In this document: positions 29,790 through 39,666 of the stretch, in pieces
Layout: each line of letters starts with the position of its first letter
How positions within the stretch are numbered: position 1 is the first letter of the stretch
Assembly (NCBI GenBank): GCA_037045195.1
Contig: JBAOIB010000002.1
Location: 232,023-296,022 of the forward strand
Length of the DNA: 64,000 nt
Reading direction: 5' to 3'
Origin: Chitinophagaceae bacterium
GTDB taxonomy: Bacteria > Bacteroidota > Bacteroidia > Chitinophagales > Chitinophagaceae
Position numbers and translations under genes: made by a program
The notes under the pieces: model-generated
The model's database searches: none
What the model saw: only the letters and a program-made list of their open reading frames with translations
What the model was told of the DNA's origin: nothing

Positions 29790-30225
29790 ATGGCTTGCAC
29801 TTGTATTTTTTTTAAGTTGCAATACTACCAATCGGAAAAAGGAAAACGATTTAGAAATCAAAAGCACTAGATTGGAGTATAAAGACAGGGTTAATAATAT
29901 ATTTCACTTTACGACGGAATGTAAATATCCTATTTCATTCTCTGGTTGTAATAGTTTTATTATTTTACAAACAAACCTATGCAATTCTTGCAATAAAGAT
30001 GTAGTTGATATGATGATAGATAGTTTAAGTAATCAACATAAAACTGTTTATTTTATTTTTGCCGATCACAATAATGAAATACAAAAAAAGATTTCATCCA
30101 GACTAAAAGAATCCGTTGTGTTAATTGATGAAATGCAACTTCTGCCTAAATATAATTTGAATTTTATGCGAAATGTCAAGATACAAACTTGCCAAAATAA
30201 AGTAGTTGACTGGGGGTTTTTATAG
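29758..30225 (+). CDS. Small lipoprotein with a thioredoxin-fold-like beta-strand/CxxC/helix arrangement
   Basis: The internal ATG at 29758 gives MIISRYSPIIKWLALVFFLSCNTT (lipobox). SFIILQTNLCNSCNKDVVDMMIDSL...TVYFIFAD follows a strand-CxxC-helix-strand pattern. Confidence 0.4.
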   Translation: MIISRYSPIIKWLALVFFLSCNTTNRKKENDLEIKSTRLEYKDRVNNIFHFTTECKYPISFSGCNSFIILQTNLCNSCNKDVVDMMIDSLSNQHKTVYFIFADHNNEIQKKISSRLKESVVLIDEMQLLPKYNLNFMRNVKIQTCQNKVVDWGFL

Positions 30226-30888
30226 ATTTGTTTGTTTTTCTTCCTCCGTTTCTACTACACCACCCGTTACCGCATATTTCATTGTATCGCCGGAGCTGAT
30301 TCTGTCTATCTTTCTTATTTTATTTCGGGGCAATACATATAGCTGGCCGGCCCAGTTATAAGCCTGTGGCACATAGATGGCTACCATTTCGGCACCCATG
30401 TCAAATTTTTGCATTTCTTCATCTGTTACAAATCCAATAATCCATACATTATCTGCAAATACATTGGCCAATACCGACTGGTTGAATTTTTTCTTATTGC
30501 CTGCTACCGCACCAAAAAAATCACGAACTGATGAGTAGATATATTTTACACCGGGTGCTTTTTCCAACATAGAATCAAAAAAACCGAAAATGCGGGTTTG
30601 AATAAAAGCAGAACTGAGGTAGCCAATAACAATGATGGCTGCAAAAATGATAACAAAACCCAGTCCGTAGTTTTTTACTTTATATCCGGTAATGCGCCCT
30701 TGCAGGTCTTTTACAGGTTCACGAAAAAGGGGAATCCAGTCGTCCACCGTAGATACAACCCAATAAATTGCATAGAATGTAATAGCTAAAGGAGCTATTA
30801 TAAGCAAACCCTGAAGCAGGTAATTGATAATTTTTTTCCATTTAAAAGGCTCCAGCAAAGGAGTTTTCTCCTTTTTTTCAGCACTCAT
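30220..30888 (-). CDS. DUF502-family membrane protein
   Basis: YLLQGLLIIAPLAITFYAIYWVVSTVD N-terminal TM region and overall ~220 aa layout typical of DUF502. Confidence 0.65.
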   Translation of the reverse strand: MSAEKKEKTPLLEPFKWKKIINYLLQGLLIIAPLAITFYAIYWVVSTVDDWIPLFREPVKDLQGRITGYKVKNYGLGFVIIFAAIIVIGYLSSAFIQTRIFGFFDSMLEKAPGVKYIYSSVRDFFGAVAGNKKKFNQSVLANVFADNVWIIGFVTDEEMQKFDMGAEMVAIYVPQAYNWAGQLYVLPRNKIRKIDRISSGDTMKYAVTGGVVETEEEKQTNL

Positions 30889-30973
30889 ACACAGTTGATT
30901 AATAAGTAAAGGTAACTGAATTGGATAATAGCAGGATGGTCGTATAATTAGGCAAACGGCAAAAAAAATAGAT

Positions 30974-31001
30974 GGAAACTTTGGCTACGTTAAAAGTTTC
31001 C
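30974..31001. promoter_or_regulatory. Perfect 9-bp inverted repeat, candidate TetR operator of the efflux operon
   Basis: GGAAACTTT-n10-AAAGTTTCC, ending 27 nt upstream of the TetR ATG at 31028. Confidence 0.5.
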
Positions 31002-31027
31002 CTAGTTTTGCACCCTAATTTTCAATC

Positions 31028-31672
31028 ATGGAAGAGAAGCATGAAGTTAAGGGCAGGATACAGGAAAAAGCTGAGGAACTGTTTATGCAGTATGGTATCC
31101 GCTCAGTGTCAATGGATGATATAGCCGCTCAGCTGGGCATGTCTAAAAAAACCCTGTATCATTATTTCAACGATAAGGACAAACTGGTGGATGATGTTGT
31201 AGATGCAGAACTTGAAAAAGGCCGCTGTGAATGTGCCGCCTGTCTGCAATATTCAAAAAATGCAGTTGAAGAAATTTTTTTTACAATGGAGCATATTGCC
31301 AATCAGTTTCGCCAAATGAACCCCGTGCTGTTATTTGATTTGGAAAAATTTCATCCGGCTTCATTTCAAAAATTTTTAAAACACAAAAATGAATATCTGT
31401 TAGAAATAGTTCAAAAAAATATTGAGCGGGGAATTGCAGAAGAATTATTCAGGCCGGAAATAAATGCAGATATCATTTCACGATTCAGAATAGAGTCTAT
31501 TATGATTGCTTTTAATCTCACAGCATTTCCTCCCAAAAAGTATAGTCTGCTTGAGGTTACACAGGAAATTATTGATCATTATCTTTTTGGATTAGCCACT
31601 ATCAAAGGACACAAACTAATATTAAAATATAAAGAACAGCGTAAAAAAGTACAACATGAAAACAGAAACTAA
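31028..31672 (+). CDS. TetR/AcrR-family transcriptional regulator
   Basis: HTH QYGIRSVSMDDIAAQLGMSKKTLYHYFNDKDKLV. First gene of the efflux operon. Confidence 0.85.
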   Translation: MEEKHEVKGRIQEKAEELFMQYGIRSVSMDDIAAQLGMSKKTLYHYFNDKDKLVDDVVDAELEKGRCECAACLQYSKNAVEEIFFTMEHIANQFRQMNPVLLFDLEKFHPASFQKFLKHKNEYLLEIVQKNIERGIAEELFRPEINADIISRFRIESIMIAFNLTAFPPKKYSLLEVTQEIIDHYLFGLATIKGHKLILKYKEQRKKVQHENRN

Positions 31673-33077
31673 GCGGCCTTTGTTGCTGCTGGTATTGATG
31701 GCCTTTGTAATATCAATCAATGCACAACAACCAGATACCGCTCAACCAACCAGCCACAAATTCTCTGTACAACAAGCAGTGGACTATGCCTTCAAAAATA
31801 ATGTGAGTGTTAAAAATGCACTGTTACAGGTAAAAATTCAAGAACAACAAAATGCAGTATTTACTGCTGCGGCTTACCCACATATCAATGCATCCATTGG
31901 TACTACTTATAACCCATCAGTGGCAACTACCGTTATTCCCAATTTTATTTCTCCATCTACTTACCAGGTTTTAATAGATCAGGGAGTGAAGGACGGAAAC
32001 GGCAATCCCATTCAAATGCCAAATGACTTTGGATTTATTGCTGCACAATTTGGTACAAAGTTTAGCGCCAATGCAGGAATAAGTCTTCAACAAATTCTTT
32101 TTGATGGTCAGGTATTTGTTGGTCTGTTGGCCAGAGGAGCCGCTATTCAATTGTATCAAAAAACGGCAGAGGTAACACAGGAAACCCTAAAGGCAAATAT
32201 ATATAAAGTGTATTACCAGCTTGCCGTTAGCAAAACACAGATTGAAATGTTGGATGCGAATATTGCGTTGGTAGAAAAAAACCTGAGAGATACCAGAATC
32301 ATTTACGAAAATGGCTTTCGTGAAAAATTGGATGTGGACAAGGAAACCGTTCGTTTATCCAATTTAAAAACGGAAAAACAAAAACTGTTGAATCAGATTT
32401 CTAATGGCTACTATGCTTTAAAAATGCTGATGGGCATGCCCATAAGCGACGAATTGATTCTTACAGATATTATAACTGAACAGGATGTAAAAGACGGCGT
32501 GTTAAACGCAAGCGGGTATGCTTATAATGACAGAAAAGAATTTCAACAAGCCGAAATATCAAAAAAGCTATTGGAATATAATGTTCGTCGTTTTAAACTT
32601 TCGCAGATTCCTACCATTTCCTTGTCGGCTGTTTATGCAAAAAATGCTCAAAGAGATAAATGGAATTTTATTGGCAAAGGAGATTGGTTTACAGTATCCA
32701 ATATAAATCTCAATATTGCAATACCCATTTTCAATGGATTTTTTACTAAATCAAAAATAAAAGAAGCACAATTAGAAGTATATAAAATAAGCAACCAGCT
32801 AGAATCACTCAAGCTTTGGATTGATAATGATGTAGAAGCTGCAAAAAATAATTATCGCAATGCACTTGCTACTATGGATATGCAAAAACAAAATAAAGAA
32901 CTTGCCGAAAAGGTATATCAGCAAACCAAAAAGAAATATGAAGTAGGAACCGGCACTCAAATTGAAATTGTAGCAGCACAAACGGAGATGAAATCTGCAC
33001 AAACCAATTATATATCTGCTTTATATGATGCCATCATTGCTAAAGTAGATTACCTGAAAGCAACCGGAAAATTATAA
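31656..33077 (+). CDS. TolC-family outer-membrane efflux protein
   Basis: Signal peptide, ~470 aa, two-repeat coiled-coil/barrel layout. Overlaps the TetR stop and precedes the MFP and RND genes. Confidence 0.8.
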   Translation: MKTETKRPLLLLVLMAFVISINAQQPDTAQPTSHKFSVQQAVDYAFKNNVSVKNALLQVKIQEQQNAVFTAAAYPHINASIGTTYNPSVATTVIPNFISPSTYQVLIDQGVKDGNGNPIQMPNDFGFIAAQFGTKFSANAGISLQQILFDGQVFVGLLARGAAIQLYQKTAEVTQETLKANIYKVYYQLAVSKTQIEMLDANIALVEKNLRDTRIIYENGFREKLDVDKETVRLSNLKTEKQKLLNQISNGYYALKMLMGMPISDELILTDIITEQDVKDGVLNASGYAYNDRKEFQQAEISKKLLEYNVRRFKLSQIPTISLSAVYAKNAQRDKWNFIGKGDWFTVSNINLNIAIPIFNGFFTKSKIKEAQLEVYKISNQLESLKLWIDNDVEAAKNNYRNALATMDMQKQNKELAEKVYQQTKKKYEVGTGTQIEIVAAQTEMKSAQTNYISALYDAIIAKVDYLKATGKL

Positions 33078-33116
33078 CTAATCAAAATCAATTAAATCAT
33101 ACTTAATACTATTTAT

Positions 33117-34340
33117 ATGCAAAGGAGAATAAAACTGTGGAGTCTTATTACTGTCATTTCGCTGGCCTTGGCTTCATGTGGTGGCGGATCAAAAGATAAA
33201 AACGCACAGGTTAAAGCACTGAATACAAAAATTGAAAAATTAAAAGCTAAGAAAAACGATCTCGATGCGCAAATCCATAAACTGGAACAGGACCTGGTTA
33301 AGCTGGATCCTGCATCTGCAAAACAAAATGCTAAACTGGTAGCTGTTACCTCAGTATCTGTTGACTCGGCTTTTGCACATTATATAGAATTGCAAGGGAA
33401 AATTAATACTGATGACGGTATTGCTTATGTAGCTCCTAATGGCCAAGGTGGATTAGTAAAAGCAATTTTAGTCAAGGCCGGGCAAAGAGTTGGCAAAGGA
33501 CAATTAGTTGCTAAACTGGATGATGCCATTGCCCGTCAACAATTGGCAACTGCCCGTCAACAAGTTGGCATTATCAAAGCACAAATGGATTTAGCAAAAA
33601 CTACTTATGAACGATACCAAAATTTATGGAATCAAAATATTGGTGCCGAAATGCAGGTAATTAAAGCTAAAGCTGACTGGGAATCTGCTTCTGCACAATA
33701 CAGAGCGGCACAGTCGGCAGTATCGCTTGCACAAGAAGCCGTTAATATGAGTAATGTGTATGCTGGAATCAGCGGAGTAGTAGAGCAGGTTAATGTGCGC
33801 CCCGGAGAATTTTTTACAGGCGTAAGTGCTGATAGGAAACCTCAAATTCAAATTGTAAATGAAAATGCAACAATGAAGGCGGAAGTCCCAGTGCCCGATC
33901 GTTATGCAAAAGATGTAGTACGCAATGCAAAAGTATTGGTAGATGTACCCGATCTGGATACCACATTTGAAGCTAAAATTTCTATGGTGGGTAGTGCTAT
34001 TGATCCTGTTACACGTTCATTTATGGCAGAAGCAAAACTGGGAGTCAATAATAAATTAAAACCCAATCTTACAGCAACTATTCGTATTCAGGACAATCTT
34101 TTAAAAAACGTAGTGGTAGTGCCTGTTAATCTTGTACAAACTGATGAAACTGGAAAATTTGTATATGTAATGGTTAAAGAAGGAGACAAACAAATTGCAA
34201 GAAAAAAATCGGTAACCATTCAAGGTGAGCCCTATAAAGGTCAGGTGGCTATAGCATCAGGATTAAGTGAGGGAGAATTGATCATTTCCGAAGGATATCA
34301 AACAGTGTATGATGGCCAGTCGGTAACCAGCTCAAAATAA
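33117..34340 (+). CDS. RND efflux periplasmic adaptor (membrane fusion protein), lipoprotein
   Basis: Lipobox LALASCGG, a coiled-coil segment, and lipoyl/beta-barrel motifs (ISGVVEQVNVRPGEFF). Confidence 0.8.
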   Translation: MQRRIKLWSLITVISLALASCGGGSKDKNAQVKALNTKIEKLKAKKNDLDAQIHKLEQDLVKLDPASAKQNAKLVAVTSVSVDSAFAHYIELQGKINTDDGIAYVAPNGQGGLVKAILVKAGQRVGKGQLVAKLDDAIARQQLATARQQVGIIKAQMDLAKTTYERYQNLWNQNIGAEMQVIKAKADWESASAQYRAAQSAVSLAQEAVNMSNVYAGISGVVEQVNVRPGEFFTGVSADRKPQIQIVNENATMKAEVPVPDRYAKDVVRNAKVLVDVPDLDTTFEAKISMVGSAIDPVTRSFMAEAKLGVNNKLKPNLTATIRIQDNLLKNVVVVPVNLVQTDETGKFVYVMVKEGDKQIARKKSVTIQGEPYKGQVAIASGLSEGELIISEGYQTVYDGQSVTSSK

Positions 34341-34379
34341 TTTTCTGAAACAGATTGATGACGAATAAAAAATAGTCAG

Positions 34380-37300
34380 ATGAAATCATTAGAAGGAATA
34401 GCCAAAAAATTTAAAGAATTTAAACCAACCAGTTGGGCTGTAGATAATAAAACAGCGGTTTATATTATCGCAATTCTCATCAGTCTATATGGATTGATGA
34501 AGTTCAACAGCATGCCCAAAGAACAGTTTCCAGATATTGTAGTTCCTACCATTTCTGTAACTACCATATATGCGGGTAACTCACCAAAAGACATAGAAAA
34601 TTTAGTAACCCGGCCTATTGAAAAGCAATTAAAAGGAATAAGCGGCGCTAAGGTGAAAAAGATTCAAAGTATTTCACAGGCCGATTATAGTTTGATAGTT
34701 GTTGAATTTGACACCGATGTAAAGACAGACCTTGCAAAGCAAAAGGTTAAAGATGCAATTGATAAAGCGCAAACTGATTTACCAACCGATCTTACCAGTC
34801 AGCCCAACGTACAGGAATTTGCGTTTAGCGAAATGCCCATCATGTTTGTCAATATAAGTGGAGATTATGATGGGATGAAACTGAAGCAGTATGCAGATAG
34901 AATGCAGGACAAAATTGAAGAGCTGAGCGAAGTAACCCGTGCAGAAATTGTAGGAGCTCCTGAAAGAGAGATTCAGGTAAATGCCGATCCTTATAAAATG
35001 GCTGCTGCCAGAGTTAGCTTTATGGATATTGAAAATGCAATTTCAAGAGAGAACCATGATATCACAGGTGGTTTGATAGAAGTTGGCAATATGAGACGTA
35101 CACTAAAAGTAAAAGGGCAGTTTACTTCGGTAGCGGATATGTATGATATTGTTGTAAGAAGCAGTGCGCAGGGAGCCTCGGTCTATCTTAGAGATATCGC
35201 CGAGTTGAAAGACACAATTAAAGAACGAGACAGCTATGCCCGCCTTGATGGAAAAAATGTGGTTACACTTAACATTATCAAAAGATCTGGTGAAAACCTG
35301 ATTAACTGTGCAGATCAGGTAAAAGAAGTGGTGAAAAAAATGCAGGACAATGAAGAGTTACCTGCCAATCTTTGAGTTGATTTTACTGGCGATACCAGCA
35401 AACAGACTAAAACTTCATTTGGCGAACTTATTAATACAATCATCATTGGATTTATTCTGGTATTAATCATCCTGATGTTTTTTATGGGAGTTACCAATGC
35501 ATTCTTTGTGGCTTTGAGTGTTCCACTAAGTGTATTTGTTGCATTCTTGTTTTTGCCTGTGGCGGATATGGTAGTAGGCACTACAGTTACTTTAAACTTT
35601 ATAGTACTGTTTGCGTTATTGTTTGGACTGGGTATTATAGTAGATGATGCTATTGTGGTAATAGAAAATACACACCGTATATATAATAATGGCCGTATTC
35701 CAATTGTAAGAAGTGCAAAAGAAGCAGCAGGAGAAGTTTTTATTCCGGTTTTGGCAGGTACTGCTACTACACTGGCTCCATTCTTCCCATTATTATTCTG
35801 GAAAGGATTGATAGGTAAGTTTATGATCTATTTGCCTACCATGCTAATACTTACGTTAACTGCTTCTTTGATTGTTGCATTTTTTTTCAACCCGGTTTTT
35901 GCAGTTAGTTTTATGAAACCCGAGGGAAAAGAATATGAAAAGCCTAAGAAGGATGTTTTTAAAAATAAATGGTTTATAGTTTTCATTGTAGCGGGTGTAT
36001 TGCTGCATCTGGCAGGGTTGAGTGGTGTTGCAAATTTTTCTTTATTGATGGCCATTTTGATGGTCTTAAATGCCTATATATTAAATGATGTGATCCATCG
36101 TTTCCAAAAAAGAGCGCTACCCAAATTGATGAATAGCTACGAAAAACTATTGCGTTGGATTCTGGTAGGCAGAAGACCGGTTTATGCATTTATTTCATTA
36201 TTTGGTTTATTTATTGTTGCTTTTGGTATGTTGATGGCCAGCATCAGTATGGGTCGCACTAAGTCAACCTTTTTCCCCAGTGGCGATCCCAATTTTGTTT
36301 ATGTATATCTAAAACTTCCGGTGGGTACTGATGTAAAATATACCGACAGCATCACCAGTATTTTAGAAAAAAGAGTAGAAAAAATTTTAGAGAATGAAAA
36401 ACCAGGAACACCCGGAAGTATTGTAGAAAGTATTATAACAAACGTTGCTGTAAGTGCCAATAATCCTCGTGACCAAAACCGTAGCGTACAATCCAACCTT
36501 GGTCGTATCCAGGTTTCATTTGTTGAATTTGAAAAAAGGCATGGTAAGAGGACAAAGCCCATAATGGATGAAATACGAGAAGCAGTAAAAGGATTGCCAG
36601 GAACAAGTGTTGAAGTAGCTCAGGAAGATGGTGGCCCTCCTACAGATCCTCCGGTAAATATAGAAGTACAGGGTGATAATTTTGAAAGCATTGCAACGAT
36701 ATCCCGACAGCTTTATAATTTCCTTGATACAAATCGTATTAATGGAATTGAAAATCTGCAACCCGATGTGGACCTCAGCAACCCTGAAATAACCGTGAAT
36801 GTGGACAGAGAAAAAACCATGTTTGAAGGATTGAGTACTGCACAGGTAGGTATGGAAATCCGTACCGCAATATTTGGAAAAGAAGTAAGCAAGATTAAGG
36901 ATGGCGAAGATGAATATAAAATTCAGTTGCGTTACAATGATTTAATTAAGAATAATGTTAACGATTTAATGAATTTGCGCATCACTTTTATGGATATGAA
37001 CTCTATGCAGGTTAAATCCATACCACTTAGTTCCATTGCTTCAGTGGATTATACCAGCACTACAGGTGGTGTAAGGCGTAAAAACGTAAAGCGTACAATA
37101 CAACTCCAAAGCAATGTGTTAGACCCTACCATGGTGGGACCCATTAATAAAAGCCTGCAATTAAAGATTGATGAGTTTAAGAATAAGGAAAAAATTCCAC
37201 CCGATGTTTCTATCAAACTCAGTGGTCAAAGTGAACAGGAAAAAGAAACTCAAACTTTTTTGGGTACCGCTTTTATGATTGCAATTGGCTTGATATTTTT

Positions 37301-37958
37301 AATTCTGGTTTTGCAGTTCAACTCAATGAGCAAACCGTTTATCGTTATTACCGAAATATTTTTCTCGATCATTGGAGTGCTATTAGGTTATGCAATTACC
37401 GGTATGACCATATCTTCAATCATGTTGCTAATTGGAATTGTAGGTCTGGCAGGTATTGTTATTAAAAACGGAATCTTAATAATAGAATTTACCGACGAAT
37501 TGCGTGGACGTGGCATGCGTACCCGTGAAGCAGCGATACAGGCTGGTAAAATCAGAATTATCCCTGTATTACTTACTGCTGTTGCTACCATCATGGGATT
37601 GTTCCCATTAGCTGTTGGTTTCAATATTGATTTTGCCGGTTTGTTTACACACTTGAGACCCAATATTTTCTTTGGAGGTGATAGTGTTGTGTTTTGGGGG
37701 CCGCTCAGCTGGACCATTATATTCGGTCTCATCTTTTCATTTTTCCTTACGCTGGTTATGGTACCTGGTATGTACTTGATAGCAGAGCGAATAAGAAGAC
37801 CGATGGAACGATTCTATGGAACAAAGTTTATAGCACTATTAGGATTCTTAGGTCCGTTATTCTTTGTCTTTGTGGCCATTATGTTTTTGGTGCGCAAGCT
37901 GCAAGGTAAAAAAGTATGGATGGGTAAACTGAAGGTGCAGCAATTAAAGGCTGAGTAA
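34380..37958 (+). pseudogene. RND (AcrB/HAE1-like) efflux permease interrupted by a single in-frame TGA at 35373-35375
   Basis: ORFs 34380..35375 and 35475..37958 are in the same frame. Reading through the TGA gives ...EELPANL*VDFTGDTSKQTKTSFGELINTIIIGFILVLIILMFFMG...GIIVDDAIVVIENTHR, colinear with AcrB ...LPSGLKIVYPYDTT...LLVDDAIVVVENVER. Confidence 0.85.
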
Positions 37959-38012
37959 TGTCTATGCTATAGCAACACGCTGTTGCAATAGTTGGTTTTG
38001 GTGAAATATAAG

Positions 38013-38044
38013 GCGTCCCGCAATAGCGGGATGCTTTTATTTTG
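38013..38044 (+). terminator. Rho-independent terminator between the RND gene and convergent cvpA
   Basis: GCGTCCCGC-aata-GCGGGATGC followed by TTTTATTTT. Confidence 0.75.
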
Positions 38045-38047
38045 TAC

Positions 38048-38593
38048 TTATATGAACGCGGAAATTTTCTGAGATATATTTTCAAAAAACAATTCCAGTT
38101 TGGCAAACATGTCTCTGAAAATGGGTACTAAAGAACCAAACCCATTTATAACTTTGGGTCCCCAGGGTTGTAGAAAAGAATACGTAGCAGATTGCTCAAT
38201 GGTCGTAGGCTGCAATAATTTCATATGCTCAGCATAAAAGAGTATAACACTAAGAGTAAGCATATAGATTACTGAATAAAATACGATTCCTCCCAGCTTA
38301 TTTACCCAACCAAGTGCTATTGTTTGTAAAGATTTTTCTATTGCTTTTGCTCCCAGTCTTATGAGCAATACGACAACGATAAACACTGCAAGGAAAGAAA
38401 TAAATGGTAGCCATTCCTTAGAAATATTTATAGACTTACCAAGATAGTCTGCAACGAATATAGATAGCTTCATTGCTGCTGCCAGACCAATGATAATTGC
38501 AACCAAAGAAAATACGCCAAGCACCAATCCTCGCTGCCAGCCATGCCAAACGGCAAAACAAATTGCAATTGCAAAGAGTATATCTATCAGCAT
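38048..38593 (-). CDS. cvpA: CvpA-family (colicin V production) membrane protein
   Basis: MLIDILFAIAICFAVWHGWQRGLV N terminus and four TM segments typical of CvpA. Confidence 0.7.
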   Translation of the reverse strand: MLIDILFAIAICFAVWHGWQRGLVLGVFSLVAIIIGLAAAMKLSIFVADYLGKSINISKEWLPFISFLAVFIVVVLLIRLGAKAIEKSLQTIALGWVNKLGGIVFYSVIYMLTLSVILFYAEHMKLLQPTTIEQSATYSFLQPWGPKVINGFGSLVPIFRDMFAKLELFFENISQKISAFI

Positions 38594-38727
38594 GAGGTTC
38601 TTTAAGTCTTAACGAATGAAGTGCTAAAATATTTTTTATATTTCTGCTCCTCGGATTTCTGAATAGATTTTTAAGACAACTTTAATATGAATGTTTATTA
38701 AAAAGTAATTGCAACATATTTGACGAA

Positions 38728-39183
38728 TCAGTTTTTTGCAAGCAACTCTTTTACCAATGCAGCAATGATTTTTCCGTCGGCTTTGCCTGATAATTGTTTT
38801 GTTGCAGCACCCATTACCTTCCCCATATCCGCCGGCGAACTTGCTCCTGTTTCTTCAATAATTTTTTCCACTACAGTTTTTATTTCTTCCGCCGAAAGTT
38901 GCTTTGGTAAAAATTTTTCAATTATGGCCAGTTCTTCTTCTTCCTTTTTTGCAAGATCAGTACGGTTTTGTTGCTGAAAAATTTCTAATGAATCTTTTCT
39001 TTGCTTTGCCATTTTTTGCAAAAGCTTTAATTCGTCTTCCTCTTTTAATTCTCCTTTACTTCCTTCAGAAGTCTTTGCAAGCAAAATGGCTGCTTTAATA
39101 GCACGTAGACTACGCAATGCTGCTTCATCCTTTGCTAACATGGCAACTTTCAGATCGGTCATTATTTTTTGTTCAAGACTCAT
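38728..39183 (-). CDS. GatB/YqeY-domain protein
   Basis: MSLEQKIMTDLKVAMLAKDEAALRSLRAIKAAILLAKT..., ~150 aa. Confidence 0.8.
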   Translation of the reverse strand: MSLEQKIMTDLKVAMLAKDEAALRSLRAIKAAILLAKTSEGSKGELKEEDELKLLQKMAKQRKDSLEIFQQQNRTDLAKKEEEELAIIEKFLPKQLSAEEIKTVVEKIIEETGASSPADMGKVMGAATKQLSGKADGKIIAALVKELLAKN

Positions 39184-39264
39184 ATAGTTATTTATTGATA
39201 GTAAAATAATATTTGAAAAGTTACATTGAATTAATAGGATGCAAAAAAATACCTTATTCCCATA

Positions 39265-39618
39265 TCAATCACTCGCTTTATTCTCTTTCAATTGTTTTGC
39301 ACGAAATTGTTCATAAAAAGCAATTGCAAATTTTTTCATTTCCTCCGCCTGTTCATTGTATTGGGTTGCTCTTCCATAAGTATCAGCCATTGTCATCAAT
39401 GTCTGATAAAAAAAATCGGCCATTTCATCTACCATCATATCCTTTGTCCAAAGATCAATACGCAAGGCAGCCTTTTCTGAACTATCCCAAAAGGAAATCA
39501 TCATGGCTTTTGCTTTCTGCTTATTTTCAGCTCCAGTATCAGATGCTGTCCAGTCAATTGAGGCGGGTACACGCTTTTCATCCATTTCCACTTCTATCGT
39601 AATTGTTGAATTGCTCAT
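39265..39618 (-). CDS. gldC: Gliding motility protein GldC
   Basis: EMDEKRVPASIDWTASDTG...AMMISFWDSSEKAALRIDLWTKDMMVDEMADFFYQTLMTMADTY matches the conserved GldC core (RIDLWTKDM.VDEM..FF.QTL..MADT). Confidence 0.8.
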   Translation of the reverse strand: MSNSTITIEVEMDEKRVPASIDWTASDTGAENKQKAKAMMISFWDSSEKAALRIDLWTKDMMVDEMADFFYQTLMTMADTYGRATQYNEQAEEMKKFAIAFYEQFRAKQLKENKASD

Positions 39619-39666
39619 AATTTTAAATATGGTTGCAAAGATAACCGAAGTAGCTTGAAGATATTT

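Noticed and set aside
35373-35375. In-frame TGA as selenocysteine or an alternative genetic code
   Set aside because: TGA terminates other genes here (e.g. rnpA at 58472-58474). There is no convincing SECIS-type hairpin directly downstream (only a 4-bp CTGG/CCAG stem). The homologous AcrB position is Lys, not Cys or Sec.
35315-37732. - strand ORFs inside the RND gene (35315..35581, 35828..36055, 36299..36562, 37388..37732)
   Set aside because: They are antisense to a motif-supported transporter CDS. They are hydrophobic shadow ORFs typical of membrane-protein genes.
38720-39602. + strand ORFs 38720..38977, 38904..39098, 39213..39602 and 39292..39480
   Set aside because: They are antisense to the well-supported YqeY-domain and gldC genes, with no motifs.
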